From the sequence record PZ789432.1: a stretch of 44,996 nucleotides of DNA; one strand, given 5' to 3'. The stretch is from a phage. The translations under genes were made by a program, and so were the position numbers. The notes beneath the pieces are model-generated. The model was not told the DNA's origin. It was given only the letters and a program-made list of their open reading frames with translations, and ran no database searches. This document shows positions 32,211 through 40,667 of the stretch, in pieces (the stretch's first letter is position 1; each line of letters opens with the position of its first letter).

Positions 32211-35200
32211 ATGGAACAAGATATTAAGACTAATTGGGCTGGATATGTCCAGTCTACTCCTGAGCCGTTTTCTATTGAGGCGGCTCCGGTATCGGCTCCT
32301 ACGATACGCCAGCGTAATGAGTTACAAGAGCAAGTTCTTGAAGCTAAAGCGGATGCTGATATCTTAGGTGCTGTAGGTGCTGCCTTCCAGAATGAGTGGT
32401 TGGCATTCGGAGGCAAGCGGTGGTATGACCGTGCCACTGCTGATTTCACACCTCAACCAGACTTCGAGATACAACCTGAGCAACGTGAAGCACTACGTTT
32501 CAAATATGGTACAGATATGATGCAGACAATCACTGAGGGTGTTCGTTCTGAGGATGAATTGAACTTCCGTATTCAGAATGCTGATGAAGACCTTGAGCGC
32601 AATAAGCGCATTGCTCAGGCTGGCTGGGTTGGCTCTGTGGCGACGATTGGCGCTGCTGTGCTTGACCCTGTGGGATGGGTTGCCTCTATTCCAACCGGTG
32701 GTGCCGCTAAAGTTGGACTCGTAGGCCGTGCTGTGCGTGGCGCTATCGCCGCTGGCGTAAGTAATGCCGCTATTGAATCCATATTGGTCCAAGGTGACAT
32801 GACTCGTGATTTAGATGACATTATGGTAGCACTAGGCTCCGGTATGGCTATGGGTGGCGTTATTGGAGCTGTAGCGCGTGGTAGGGCCACTAAGCTCAGT
32901 GAGCAAGGAGATGACAGGGCTGCGAGCATTGTGCGCAGTGCAGACGCAGGGGACCGCTATGTGCGTGCTGTTGCTGATGATAGTATCGGTGCGATGCGTG
33001 TTAAGGGTGAAGAGGTACTCACTGAGGGTGCATTTGATATCTCTAGCAAAGGTGAAGATTTGCTGAAAACCCTACAGCGGGAAGGTAATGCAATTGATAT
33101 GACCCCTCGCCGCTGGGCCGGAACTCTGTCTGCCCTTGGGACTGTCGTGCACTCCTCTCATGATACTAGTGTTCGTGGCCTCGGTGCTCGCCTGTTTGAG
33201 TCTCCGCAAGGTTTAGGTATGCAAAAGGCATCTGCCAGTCTTATGCAGAATACCAACTTGAATCGACTGAAGTCTGCTGATATGAACCGTTTCAATGACG
33301 GGTTTGACTTATGGCTCAAAGAAAATAATATCAATCCAGTTGCAGGCCATACTAACTCTCACTATGTGCAGCAATATAATGAGAAGGTATGGGAAGCTGT
33401 ACGCATCGGTATGGATGAGTCTACGCCTAAGTCTATCCGCATGGCAGCAGAGGGGCAGCAAGCTATGTACCGTGAAGCCTTAGCTTTAAGGAAGCGCTCC
33501 GGTGAAGCTGGCTTTGAAAACATTAAAGCAGATAATAAGTATATGCCTGATATCTTTGACACTATGAAAGCTCGCCGTCAATTTGATAGGATAGGAAAGG
33601 ATATAGATAAAGAAGATATCATTGAGTTATTCTCTCGTGCTTATCAGAACGGCGCTCGTAAAATTCCAAAAGAAGTAGCGGATGAAATTGCACGAGCACA
33701 AGTAAACCGCGTTGCTGGATGCCACCTTGACCGGACAGCTATGAGCTTTGAAAAGGCTATGTCTGGTCAAACCAAAGCAGAATATGAAGCACTAATGCGC
33801 AAAGCAGGCTTTAGTGATGAAGAGATTGAAAAGATGGTAGAAGCTCTGGATAATAAAGAAACCAGAGATAATATCTCTAACCGAGCTAAGATGAGTTTAG
33901 GCTTAGATGTCACTCAAGAGTACAATGGCATTCGTATGCGTGACTTTATGAACACTAACGTGGAAGAGTTAACAGATAACTACATGAAGGAAGCGGCAGG
34001 TGGTGCTGCCTTGGCTCGTCAAGGTTTCTCTACCTATCAGGCTGCACTTAATGCAATTGATCTTGTAGAGCGAAATGCACGAAATGCAGCTAAAGATACA
34101 AAAGCACACGCACAATTTGAAGCGGAGTCGGCTAAGATCCGTCAATCAGAGCCTGATTACAAGAGGGCACAAGAGAAGATTGAAGAGTTAAAGAAGCGAC
34201 TTAAATTGAAAGAGAAAGATGAAGCAGCTGGTCTGGCTATTGATGAAGAAATCCGTCAGATGCGAGAAGGGCTTCGCTTGATTATGGGTAAATCTATCGA
34301 TTCAAACCCACAAGATTTGTCTACTAAAATGCTGCGTCGTGGGCGTGACATTACAGGTGTACTTCGCTTAGGTCAGATGGGCTTCGCACAGCTAGGTGAA
34401 CTTGCTAACTTCATGGGTGAGTTTGGTATTGCTGCCACCACTATGGCTTTAGGTAAGCAATTCCGCTTCACCTCTAAGGCGTTGCGTAATGGCGATGGCT
34501 TCTTTCGAGATAAGAATTTAGCTGAGGTTGAGCGAATGGTAGGTTACATTGGTGAAGACAACTGGCTAACAACTAAGGGTGCGCGTCCAGATGAGTTTGG
34601 TGATGTAACCACAGTGCGAGGGATGATGGCCCATTTTGACCAGTCCATGAACTCTATACGACGTGCTCAGACAAACCTATCCCTCTTCCGCATGGCACAG
34701 GGTTCTCTGGAGCGAATGACCAATAGGCAAATAGCTTTGTCTTTCATTGACCATCTTGAAGGCAAGAAGATTATTCCTCAGAAGAAACTGGAGGAACTTG
34801 GTCTTACTCAGGAGTTCATGACTAACCTACAGAAGCACTATGATGCTAACTCTAAAGGCTCTGGCTTGCTTGGCTTTGATACAATGCCTTATGCCATGGG
34901 TGAAACTTTAGCTAATGCTATTCGTCGTAAGTCAGGTCTAATTATCCAACGTAACTTCATTGGTGATGAAGGTATCTGGATGAACAAAGCACTAGGTAAG
35001 ACATTTGCACAGCTTAAGTCATTCTCTCTTGTATCTGGTGAGAAGCAATTTGGTCGAGGGATTCGCCACGATAAAATTGGTCTTGCTAAGAAGACAGCTT
35101 ATGGTTTTGCTTTGGGTTCAATAGTGTATGCGGCAAAAGCCTATGTGAACTCTATTGGTCGAGAAGACCAAGATGAATATTTGGAAGAGAAGTTATCGCC

Positions 35201-35534
35201 TAAAGGGTTGGCCTTTGGTGCAATGGGTATGATGAGTACAACTGCTGTATTTAGTCTAGGTGGAGATTTCTTAGGTGGCCTAGGTGTTCTACCTTCTGAG
35301 TTAGTACAATCCCGTTATGAGGCTGGCTTTCAGACTAAGGGTTTGATAGACCAAATACCACTAGTAGGTGTTGGTCAAGATGCATATCGTTTAGCAGATT
35401 CTATAACTAAATACGCAGAGGGCGATACAGAAGGTGTAGATGTGGCACGTAGGGCTTTACGCTTAGTGCCTCTAGCTAATGTAATAGGAATCCAGAACGC
35501 ATTGCGTTATGGCTTAGATGAACTGGAGGATTAA
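32211..35534 (+). CDS. large internal virion (core) protein, T7 gp16-like by position
   Basis: 1107 aa; SD GGAGG; last of three internal proteins between tail tube and tail adaptor genes. Confidence 0.75.
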   Translation: MEQDIKTNWAGYVQSTPEPFSIEAAPVSAPTIRQRNELQEQVLEAKADADILGAVGAAFQNEWLAFGGKRWYDRATADFTPQPDFEIQPEQREALRFKYGTDMMQTITEGVRSEDELNFRIQNADEDLERNKRIAQAGWVGSVATIGAAVLDPVGWVASIPTGGAAKVGLVGRAVRGAIAAGVSNAAIESILVQGDMTRDLDDIMVALGSGMAMGGVIGAVARGRATKLSEQGDDRAASIVRSADAGDRYVRAVADDSIGAMRVKGEEVLTEGAFDISSKGEDLLKTLQREGNAIDMTPRRWAGTLSALGTVVHSSHDTSVRGLGARLFESPQGLGMQKASASLMQNTNLNRLKSADMNRFNDGFDLWLKENNINPVAGHTNSHYVQQYNEKVWEAVRIGMDESTPKSIRMAAEGQQAMYREALALRKRSGEAGFENIKADNKYMPDIFDTMKARRQFDRIGKDIDKEDIIELFSRAYQNGARKIPKEVADEIARAQVNRVAGCHLDRTAMSFEKAMSGQTKAEYEALMRKAGFSDEEIEKMVEALDNKETRDNISNRAKMSLGLDVTQEYNGIRMRDFMNTNVEELTDNYMKEAAGGAALARQGFSTYQAALNAIDLVERNARNAAKDTKAHAQFEAESAKIRQSEPDYKRAQEKIEELKKRLKLKEKDEAAGLAIDEEIRQMREGLRLIMGKSIDSNPQDLSTKMLRRGRDITGVLRLGQMGFAQLGELANFMGEFGIAATTMALGKQFRFTSKALRNGDGFFRDKNLAEVERMVGYIGEDNWLTTKGARPDEFGDVTTVRGMMAHFDQSMNSIRRAQTNLSLFRMAQGSLERMTNRQIALSFIDHLEGKKIIPQKKLEELGLTQEFMTNLQKHYDANSKGSGLLGFDTMPYAMGETLANAIRRKSGLIIQRNFIGDEGIWMNKALGKTFAQLKSFSLVSGEKQFGRGIRHDKIGLAKKTAYGFALGSIVYAAKAYVNSIGREDQDEYLEEKLSPKGLAFGAMGMMSTTAVFSLGGDFLGGLGVLPSELVQSRYEAGFQTKGLIDQIPLVGVGQDAYRLADSITKYAEGDTEGVDVARRALRLVPLANVIGIQNALRYGLDELED

Positions 35535-36497
35535 TGAGTTATACTTTCACAGAACATATAGCCAACGGTACGCAAGTAACCTATCCCTTTAGCTTTGCTG
35601 GTAGGGATAAAGGTTATCTTCGTGCCTCAGATGTGATAGTGGAGATCTCTTCAAGGTAACACTTGGATTGAGGTTACATCTGGCTGGCAACTAACTGGCA
35701 CGCACCAGATTACTTTTGATGTAGCACCAGTTGCAGGTTTGAAGTTCCGTATTCGAAGGGAAGTACAAAAGGAGTATCCATACGCTGAGTTTGACCGTGG
35801 TGTTACCTTGGATATGAAGTCTTTAAATGGTTCTTTCATTCATATACTGGAGATTACACAGGAGTTACTTGACGGGTTTTATCCAGAAGGATACTTCATT
35901 AAACAGAATGTAAGCTGGGGCGGCAATAAGATTACTGATTTGGCTGATGGCACAAATCCGGGAGATGCAGTAAACAAAGGGCAGCTTGATGCCATTGACA
36001 AGAAGCATACAGATTGGAATGCCAAACAGGACATTGAGATTGCTGGCCTTAAGGCTGGTATGACTTCTGGTATTGCGCACAGAACTGTTCCTTGGTACAC
36101 GATAGCCCAAGGTGGTGAGATTTCCGTAAAACCACCTTATGAATTTCAAGATGCACTAGTTTTCCTTAATGGGGTATTGCAGCACCAAATTGTAGGCGCA
36201 TACTCTATAAGCAACAACACTATCACTTTCGCAGAGTCGCTTGTGGCGGGTACAGAGGTGTATGTGCTGATTGGTAGTCGTGTGGCTACATCTGAACCTA
36301 ATATTCAGTTAGAGTTGAACTTTGACTTAGTAGAAGGCCAACAAGTAGTACAGATTGGCTCTGCATTTAAGTACATTGAGGTCTACCTTGATGGATTATT
36401 ACAACCTAAACTTGCTTATCAGGTAGACGGTGACATTGTTACTTTCTCAGAGGGAGTGCCAGAATGCCGGATGACTGCTAAGATTATCACAGCATAA
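35534..36497 (+). CDS. tail fiber/tailspike adaptor (T7 gp17 N-terminal-domain-like); frame-disrupted
   Basis: ATG 35534 gives MSYTFTEHIANGTQVTYPFSFAGRDKGYLRASDVIVEISSR* (ends 35659). Homology continues in another frame from ~35640 (NTWIEVTSGWQLTG...; ORF track 35739..36497). One indel near 35648..35656 restores ~321 aa. Confidence 0.7.
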
Positions 36498-36506
36498 GGA
36501 GGTAGG

Positions 36507-36701
36507 ATGATTAACTCCGAACTGGTAGATAGTGGTGTGAAGCTTGCGCCACCTGCACTCGTATCAGGTGGGTACTTCCTCGGTATCAGTTGGGATAATT
36601 GGGTGTTAATAGCAACATTCATTTATACCGTGTTGCAAATTGGGGACTGGTTTTATAATAAGTTCAAGATTTGGAGGGAGAAGCGTGAGCGTACACAATA
36701 A
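36507..36701 (+). CDS. holin (T7 gp17.5-like)
   Basis: 64 aa; SD AAGGAGG; TM segment and WVLIATFIYTVLQIGDWFYNKFKIWREK paralleling T7 gp17.5 AAIAYTVVQIGAKVVDKMIDWKK. Confidence 0.65.
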   Translation: MINSELVDSGVKLAPPALVSGGYFLGISWDNWVLIATFIYTVLQIGDWFYNKFKIWREKRERTQ

Positions 36702-36984
36702 ACATGCAGCTACAGAGGATGAGGTTGGCATTCTGCATGGTGCTATTACCAAAATCTTCAATAAGAAAGCACAGGCAATACTGGACACTATAGAAGAAGA
36801 CCCTGATGCAGCATTACATTTAGTGTCTGGTAAGGATATTGGTGCGATGTGTAAGTGGGTTCTTGATAACGGCATTACCGCCACACCTGCTGCACAGCAG
36901 GAAGAGTCCAAGTTATCTAAGCGCCTCAAGGCTATCCGAGAGGCATCCAGTGGTAAGATAATTCAATTCACTAAGGAGGATTGA
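36685..36984 (+). CDS. terminase small subunit (T7 gp18-like)
   Basis: ORF track 36640..36984; no in-frame ATG early; GTG 36685 five nt after GGAGGGA; directly upstream of terminase large subunit. Confidence 0.6.
   Translation: MSVHNKHAATEDEVGILHGAITKIFNKKAQAILDTIEEDPDAALHLVSGKDIGAMCKWVLDNGITATPAAQQEESKLSKRLKAIREASSGKIIQFTKED
36778..36800 (+). promoter_or_regulatory. phage RNAP promoter inside the terminase small subunit gene (aatactggacactatagaagaag)
   Basis: Core ACTGGACACTATAGAAGA identical to consensus; +1 G at 36793. Confidence 0.55.
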
Positions 36985-38882
36985 TGGCTAAGGCAAGAGA
37001 ATCACAAGCGGAGGCTCTTGCCAGATGGGAGATGCTACAGGAGTTACAGCAGACCTTTCCTTACACAGCGGAAGGTTTGCTTCTCTTTGCAGATACAGTT
37101 ATTCATAACTTAATTGCAGGCAACCCTCATCTGATTCGTATGCAGGCTGATATCTTGAAGTTCCTATTTTACGGACACAAGTACCGCCTCATCGAAGCGC
37201 CTCGTGGTATCGCTAAGACAACACTATCAGCAATCTATACGGTATTCCGTATTATTCATGAACCGCATAAGCGTATCATGGTTGTGTCCCAAAACGCCAA
37301 GCGAGCAGAGGAAATCGCAGGTTGGGTAGTTAAAATCTTCCGTGGCTTAGACTTTCTTGAGTTTATGCTGCCGGATATCTACGCTGGGGACCGTGCATCC
37401 GTTAAGGCGTTTGAGATTCATTACACCCTACGTGGTAGTGATAAGTCTCCTTCTGTATCCTGTTACTCAATCGAAGCAGGTATGCAGGGTGCTCGTGCTG
37501 ATATTATTCTAGCGGATGACGTAGAGTCGATGCAGAATGCTCGTACGGCAGCGGGCCGTGCCTTGCTTGAGGAACTGACTAAGGAGTTTGAATCTATCAA
37601 CCAGTTTGGGGATATCATTTACCTTGGTACACCTCAGAACGTAAACTCTATCTACAACAACCTACCTGCTCGTGGTTACTCTGTTCGTATCTGGACTGCG
37701 CGTTACCCTTCAGTAGAGCAAGAGCAATGTTATGGCGACTTCCTTGCACCTATGATTGTTCAAGATATGAAGGACAACCCAGCACTTCGCTCAGGGTACG
37801 GGTTGGATGGTAATAGTGGTGCACCTTGTGCCCCTGAAATGTATGATGATGAAGTCCTGATTGAGAAGGAAATCTCTCAGGGTGCTGCTAAGTTCCAGCT
37901 TCAGTTCATGCTTAACACTCGCATGATGGATGCTGACAGATACCCATTACGCCTGAACAATCTAATCTTCACCTCGTTTGGTACAGAGGAAGTCCCTGTG
38001 ATGCCTACGTGGAGTAATGATTCCATAAACATCATTGGTGATGCACCTAAGTATGGTAACAAGCCTACGGATTTCATGTACAGACCTGTAGCTCGCCCAT
38101 ACGAATGGGGTGCTGTCTCCCGCAAGATTATGTATATTGACCCTGCGGGTGGCGGTAAGAATGGGGATGAGACGGGTGTGGCTATCGTATTCCTGCACGG
38201 CACATTCATTTACGTGTATCAGTGCTTCGGTGTGCCGGGTGGATACCGCGAATCGTCCCTGAATCGCATTGTGCAGGCCGCAAAGCAGGCGGGTGTTAAA
38301 GAGGTATTCATTGAGAAGAACTTTGGTCATGGCGCGTTTGAGGCGGTAATTAAGCCGTACTTTGAACGAGAGTGGCCTGTAACTCTGGAAGAGGATTACG
38401 CCACCGGACAGAAAGAATTGCGTATCATTGAGACGCTGGAGCCGCTCATGGCAGCCCATAGGCTTATCTTCAATGCAGAAATGGTGAAGTCAGACTTTGA
38501 GTCGGTACAGCACTATCCGCTTGAACTACGCATGTCCTACAGTCTTTTCAATCAAATGTCGAACATAACGATTGAGAAGAACAGCCTCCGGCACGATGAC
38601 CGCCTAGACGCCCTGTATGGCGCTATACGGCAATTAACTTCTCAGATAGACTATGACGAGGTTACACGGATTAATCGCCTCAGAGCGCAGGAGATGCGAG
38701 ATTACATCCATGCTATGAACACACCTCATCTACGCAGGGCAATGCTATATGGGGATTACGGTACTGAGCGAAGAGTGACCAACACTTCCGTAGCGATGCA
38801 GCAGCGAGTTTACGGGCAGAACTACCGAAATAAATCGGCAAGCAGAAATACACTTTCTGCAAGGATTTCAAGGACTTATTAA
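36984..38882 (+). CDS. terminase large subunit
   Basis: 633 aa (ORF track 36981, ATG 36984); position and size as T7 gp19; acidic nuclease-type segments in C-terminal half. Confidence 0.9.
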   Translation: MAKARESQAEALARWEMLQELQQTFPYTAEGLLLFADTVIHNLIAGNPHLIRMQADILKFLFYGHKYRLIEAPRGIAKTTLSAIYTVFRIIHEPHKRIMVVSQNAKRAEEIAGWVVKIFRGLDFLEFMLPDIYAGDRASVKAFEIHYTLRGSDKSPSVSCYSIEAGMQGARADIILADDVESMQNARTAAGRALLEELTKEFESINQFGDIIYLGTPQNVNSIYNNLPARGYSVRIWTARYPSVEQEQCYGDFLAPMIVQDMKDNPALRSGYGLDGNSGAPCAPEMYDDEVLIEKEISQGAAKFQLQFMLNTRMMDADRYPLRLNNLIFTSFGTEEVPVMPTWSNDSINIIGDAPKYGNKPTDFMYRPVARPYEWGAVSRKIMYIDPAGGGKNGDETGVAIVFLHGTFIYVYQCFGVPGGYRESSLNRIVQAAKQAGVKEVFIEKNFGHGAFEAVIKPYFEREWPVTLEEDYATGQKELRIIETLEPLMAAHRLIFNAEMVKSDFESVQHYPLELRMSYSLFNQMSNITIEKNSLRHDDRLDALYGAIRQLTSQIDYDEVTRINRLRAQEMRDYIHAMNTPHLRRAMLYGDYGTERRVTNTSVAMQQRVYGQNYRNKSASRNTLSARISRTY

Positions 38883-38902
38883 TTACTGGACACTATAGAA
38901 GG
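38880..38902 (+). promoter_or_regulatory. phage RNAP promoter (ttaattactggacactatagaagg)
   Basis: Consensus; +1 G at 38897; followed by AT-rich motifs shared with 6226..6270 and hairpin gggtgtac-tcct-gtacaccc. Confidence 0.75.
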
Positions 38903-39037
38903 AAGGCCCAGATAATAAGAGAAAATAATAGGTAATATATAGGTTAACCTAGGTTATATAGGTATGCCTTAGTATGGGTGTACTCCTGTACACCCTATTC
39001 CTTACTACCTTACTATATTTACATAATAGGAGAGACA

Positions 39038-39316
39038 ATGGCTAATGATTATAGTAGTCAACCATTAACAGGTAAGTCTAAGAGAAAGCAGGTACAACCT
39101 GTAAGTGAAGAACTAATGCTTCCGGTAATCAAAAAAGAGGAAGCTAGTAAGAAAAACAATGCTATTAATGATGCCACCAAATCAGGTAAACAGAAAGGGG
39201 CCATGGTGTGCCTTGAAGTGGAAGGTGGTGTATTGAAGATTGCTATCGCGGTTGATGGCAAAGAAGATTCAGAGTGGAAGTTAGTAACAGTGGAACCAGT
39301 TGTTAACCCAGTTTAA
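39038..39316 (+). CDS. hypothetical protein (92 aa), paralog A of a tandem pair
   Basis: ORF track 38978..39316 (GTG); ATG 39038 after AGGAG; shares SGKQKGAMV.LE...L.IA.A motif with the next ORF. Confidence 0.65.
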   Translation: MANDYSSQPLTGKSKRKQVQPVSEELMLPVIKKEEASKKNNAINDATKSGKQKGAMVCLEVEGGVLKIAIAVDGKEDSEWKLVTVEPVVNPV

Positions 39317-39334
39317 GAGAAGGAGGAAGATTAC

Positions 39335-39628
39335 ATGGCTAAATATGGTACTAAAGGTTCTGTTACGGGTCAGGCTTTTCGAGTGAAAGCAGTACAAACT
39401 ATTGCAACGGCAATCCCGATGCCTGTTGTTAAAGAAGTAGACCTTAAGAGTAAAGATCACCCTATCAACATCAAACATTTATCAGGTAAACAGAAAGGTG
39501 CAATGGTTGCTCTTGAGAAAAGTGACACAACCTTACATATTGCTGTTGCACGTGGTAGTGAACCAACAGACCCTTGGGATGTAACTGGCATGGACTCGCT
39601 CGCTGTCACTCCAGCAGGTGGAGAATAA
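39335..39628 (+). CDS. hypothetical protein (97 aa), paralog B of a tandem pair
   Basis: ORF track; SD AAGGAGG; LSGKQKGAMVALEKSDTTLHIAVARG parallels KSGKQKGAMVCLEVEGGVLKIAIAVDG upstream. Confidence 0.7.
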   Translation: MAKYGTKGSVTGQAFRVKAVQTIATAIPMPVVKEVDLKSKDHPINIKHLSGKQKGAMVALEKSDTTLHIAVARGSEPTDPWDVTGMDSLAVTPAGGE

Positions 39629-39985
39629 TGCTTAACAAATACTTCAAGCGCCGTGAGTTCGCTTGCCGTTGTGGGTGCGGTACATCCACTGTTGATGCTG
39701 AATTACTACAGGTAGTCACAGATGTGCGTGAGCACTTTGGTTCGTACCTGTAGTAATCACTTCGGGGCATCGCTGTGCTAAGCACAATGCCAACGTAGGA
39801 GGAGCTAAGAAGGTTCCATGCATCTTACTGGTAAGGCTGCTGACATTAAGGTATCTAGGTGTCTGGTACCAATCGGAGGTACGTACAGTACCTCTGCTAA
39901 TAAATACCCTGATAAGTATGGCATTGGTGCTTATACCTACTTTTACCCATATCGACGTTACGAGACAACGAGTGCACGATGGTAA
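39628..39985 (+). pseudogene. endolysin, zinc peptidase M15-type, with about four frame disruptions in this sequence
   Basis: Successive frames give MLNKYFKRREFACRCGCG...VREHFGS / PVVITSGHRCAKHNANVGGAKK / SMHLTGKAADIKV...GIGAYTY / FTHIDV / ...SARW*, together the M15 hallmark. Each break is at a short G or T run. Confidence 0.75.
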
Positions 39986-40094
39986 GATGTGTTGAATGGT
40001 GTGAACGCATGGTTGCCAAAGCATCCAGAGGATGGCAACTATGATGACTGGAAGAACTACTCTGAATTGTTAGCTCAATGGAAAGGGAGATGCA

Positions 40095-40190
40095 ATGAAA
40101 AAGCTGTTTAAGTCTAAGAAGGTTGTAGGTGCACTGGTTGCACTGGTTATTGCACTTGTTTCTGTAGGTCTTGGCGTAGACCTTGGCTGA
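40095..40190 (+). CDS. hypothetical small membrane protein (31 aa)
   Basis: ATG 40095 after AAGGGAG; MKKLFKSKKVVGALVALVIALVSVGLGVDLG. Confidence 0.35.
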   Translation: MKKLFKSKKVVGALVALVIALVSVGLGVDLG

Positions 40191-40324
40191 AGGTACGGAA
40201 GGTTCCTGTCACTGACGTGGTCTGCCAAGTGATCACCTGTGAATAAGGTGCTTGAAGTGGTGGCAGGTCTTATTGGCCTGCTGCTTGCCGCTAAGAAGAA
40301 GCAAGGAAGAAAAGGAGGCACAAA

Positions 40325-40426
40325 GTGAAGCGAATCATGCTAGCGACAATCCTGCTGATTGGTTCGCTGACCACTTCCGGGTGTCAGACAGGCGTTACCA
40401 GAGAGTCCAATGGTGAAACCGTCTGA
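40325..40426 (+). CDS. small lipoprotein-like ORF (candidate o-spanin-like)
   Basis: GTG 40325 six nt after AGGAGG (or ATG 40337); MLATILLIGSLTTSGCQTG has a signal peptide with lipobox-like TSGC. No intact i-spanin ORF is visible. Confidence 0.35.
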   Translation: MKRIMLATILLIGSLTTSGCQTGVTRESNGETV

Positions 40427-40564
40427 AGCCGACGCTGACGGCAGTTTACGAGGTAGACGATAAGGTCTGCTTCAGTAAGCCTGACGCTACAAAATTAGGT
40501 TTGTATATTCTTTCGCTAGAACGCGGATATAATTAATACATAGCTTTATGTATCAGTGTCTTAC

Positions 40565-40588
40565 GATTTACTGGACACTATAGAAGAG
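40565..40588 (+). promoter_or_regulatory. phage RNAP promoter upstream of the tailspike genes (gatttactggacactatagaagagg)
   Basis: Exact consensus; +1 G at 40583. Confidence 0.8.
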
Positions 40589-40667
40589 GTAAGATAGCGC
40601 CGTTCTTTTGAGCGGCCTATTACTAGCCAATCTTCATAGGGAGGGTTGGAAAGTAATAGGAGATAGC

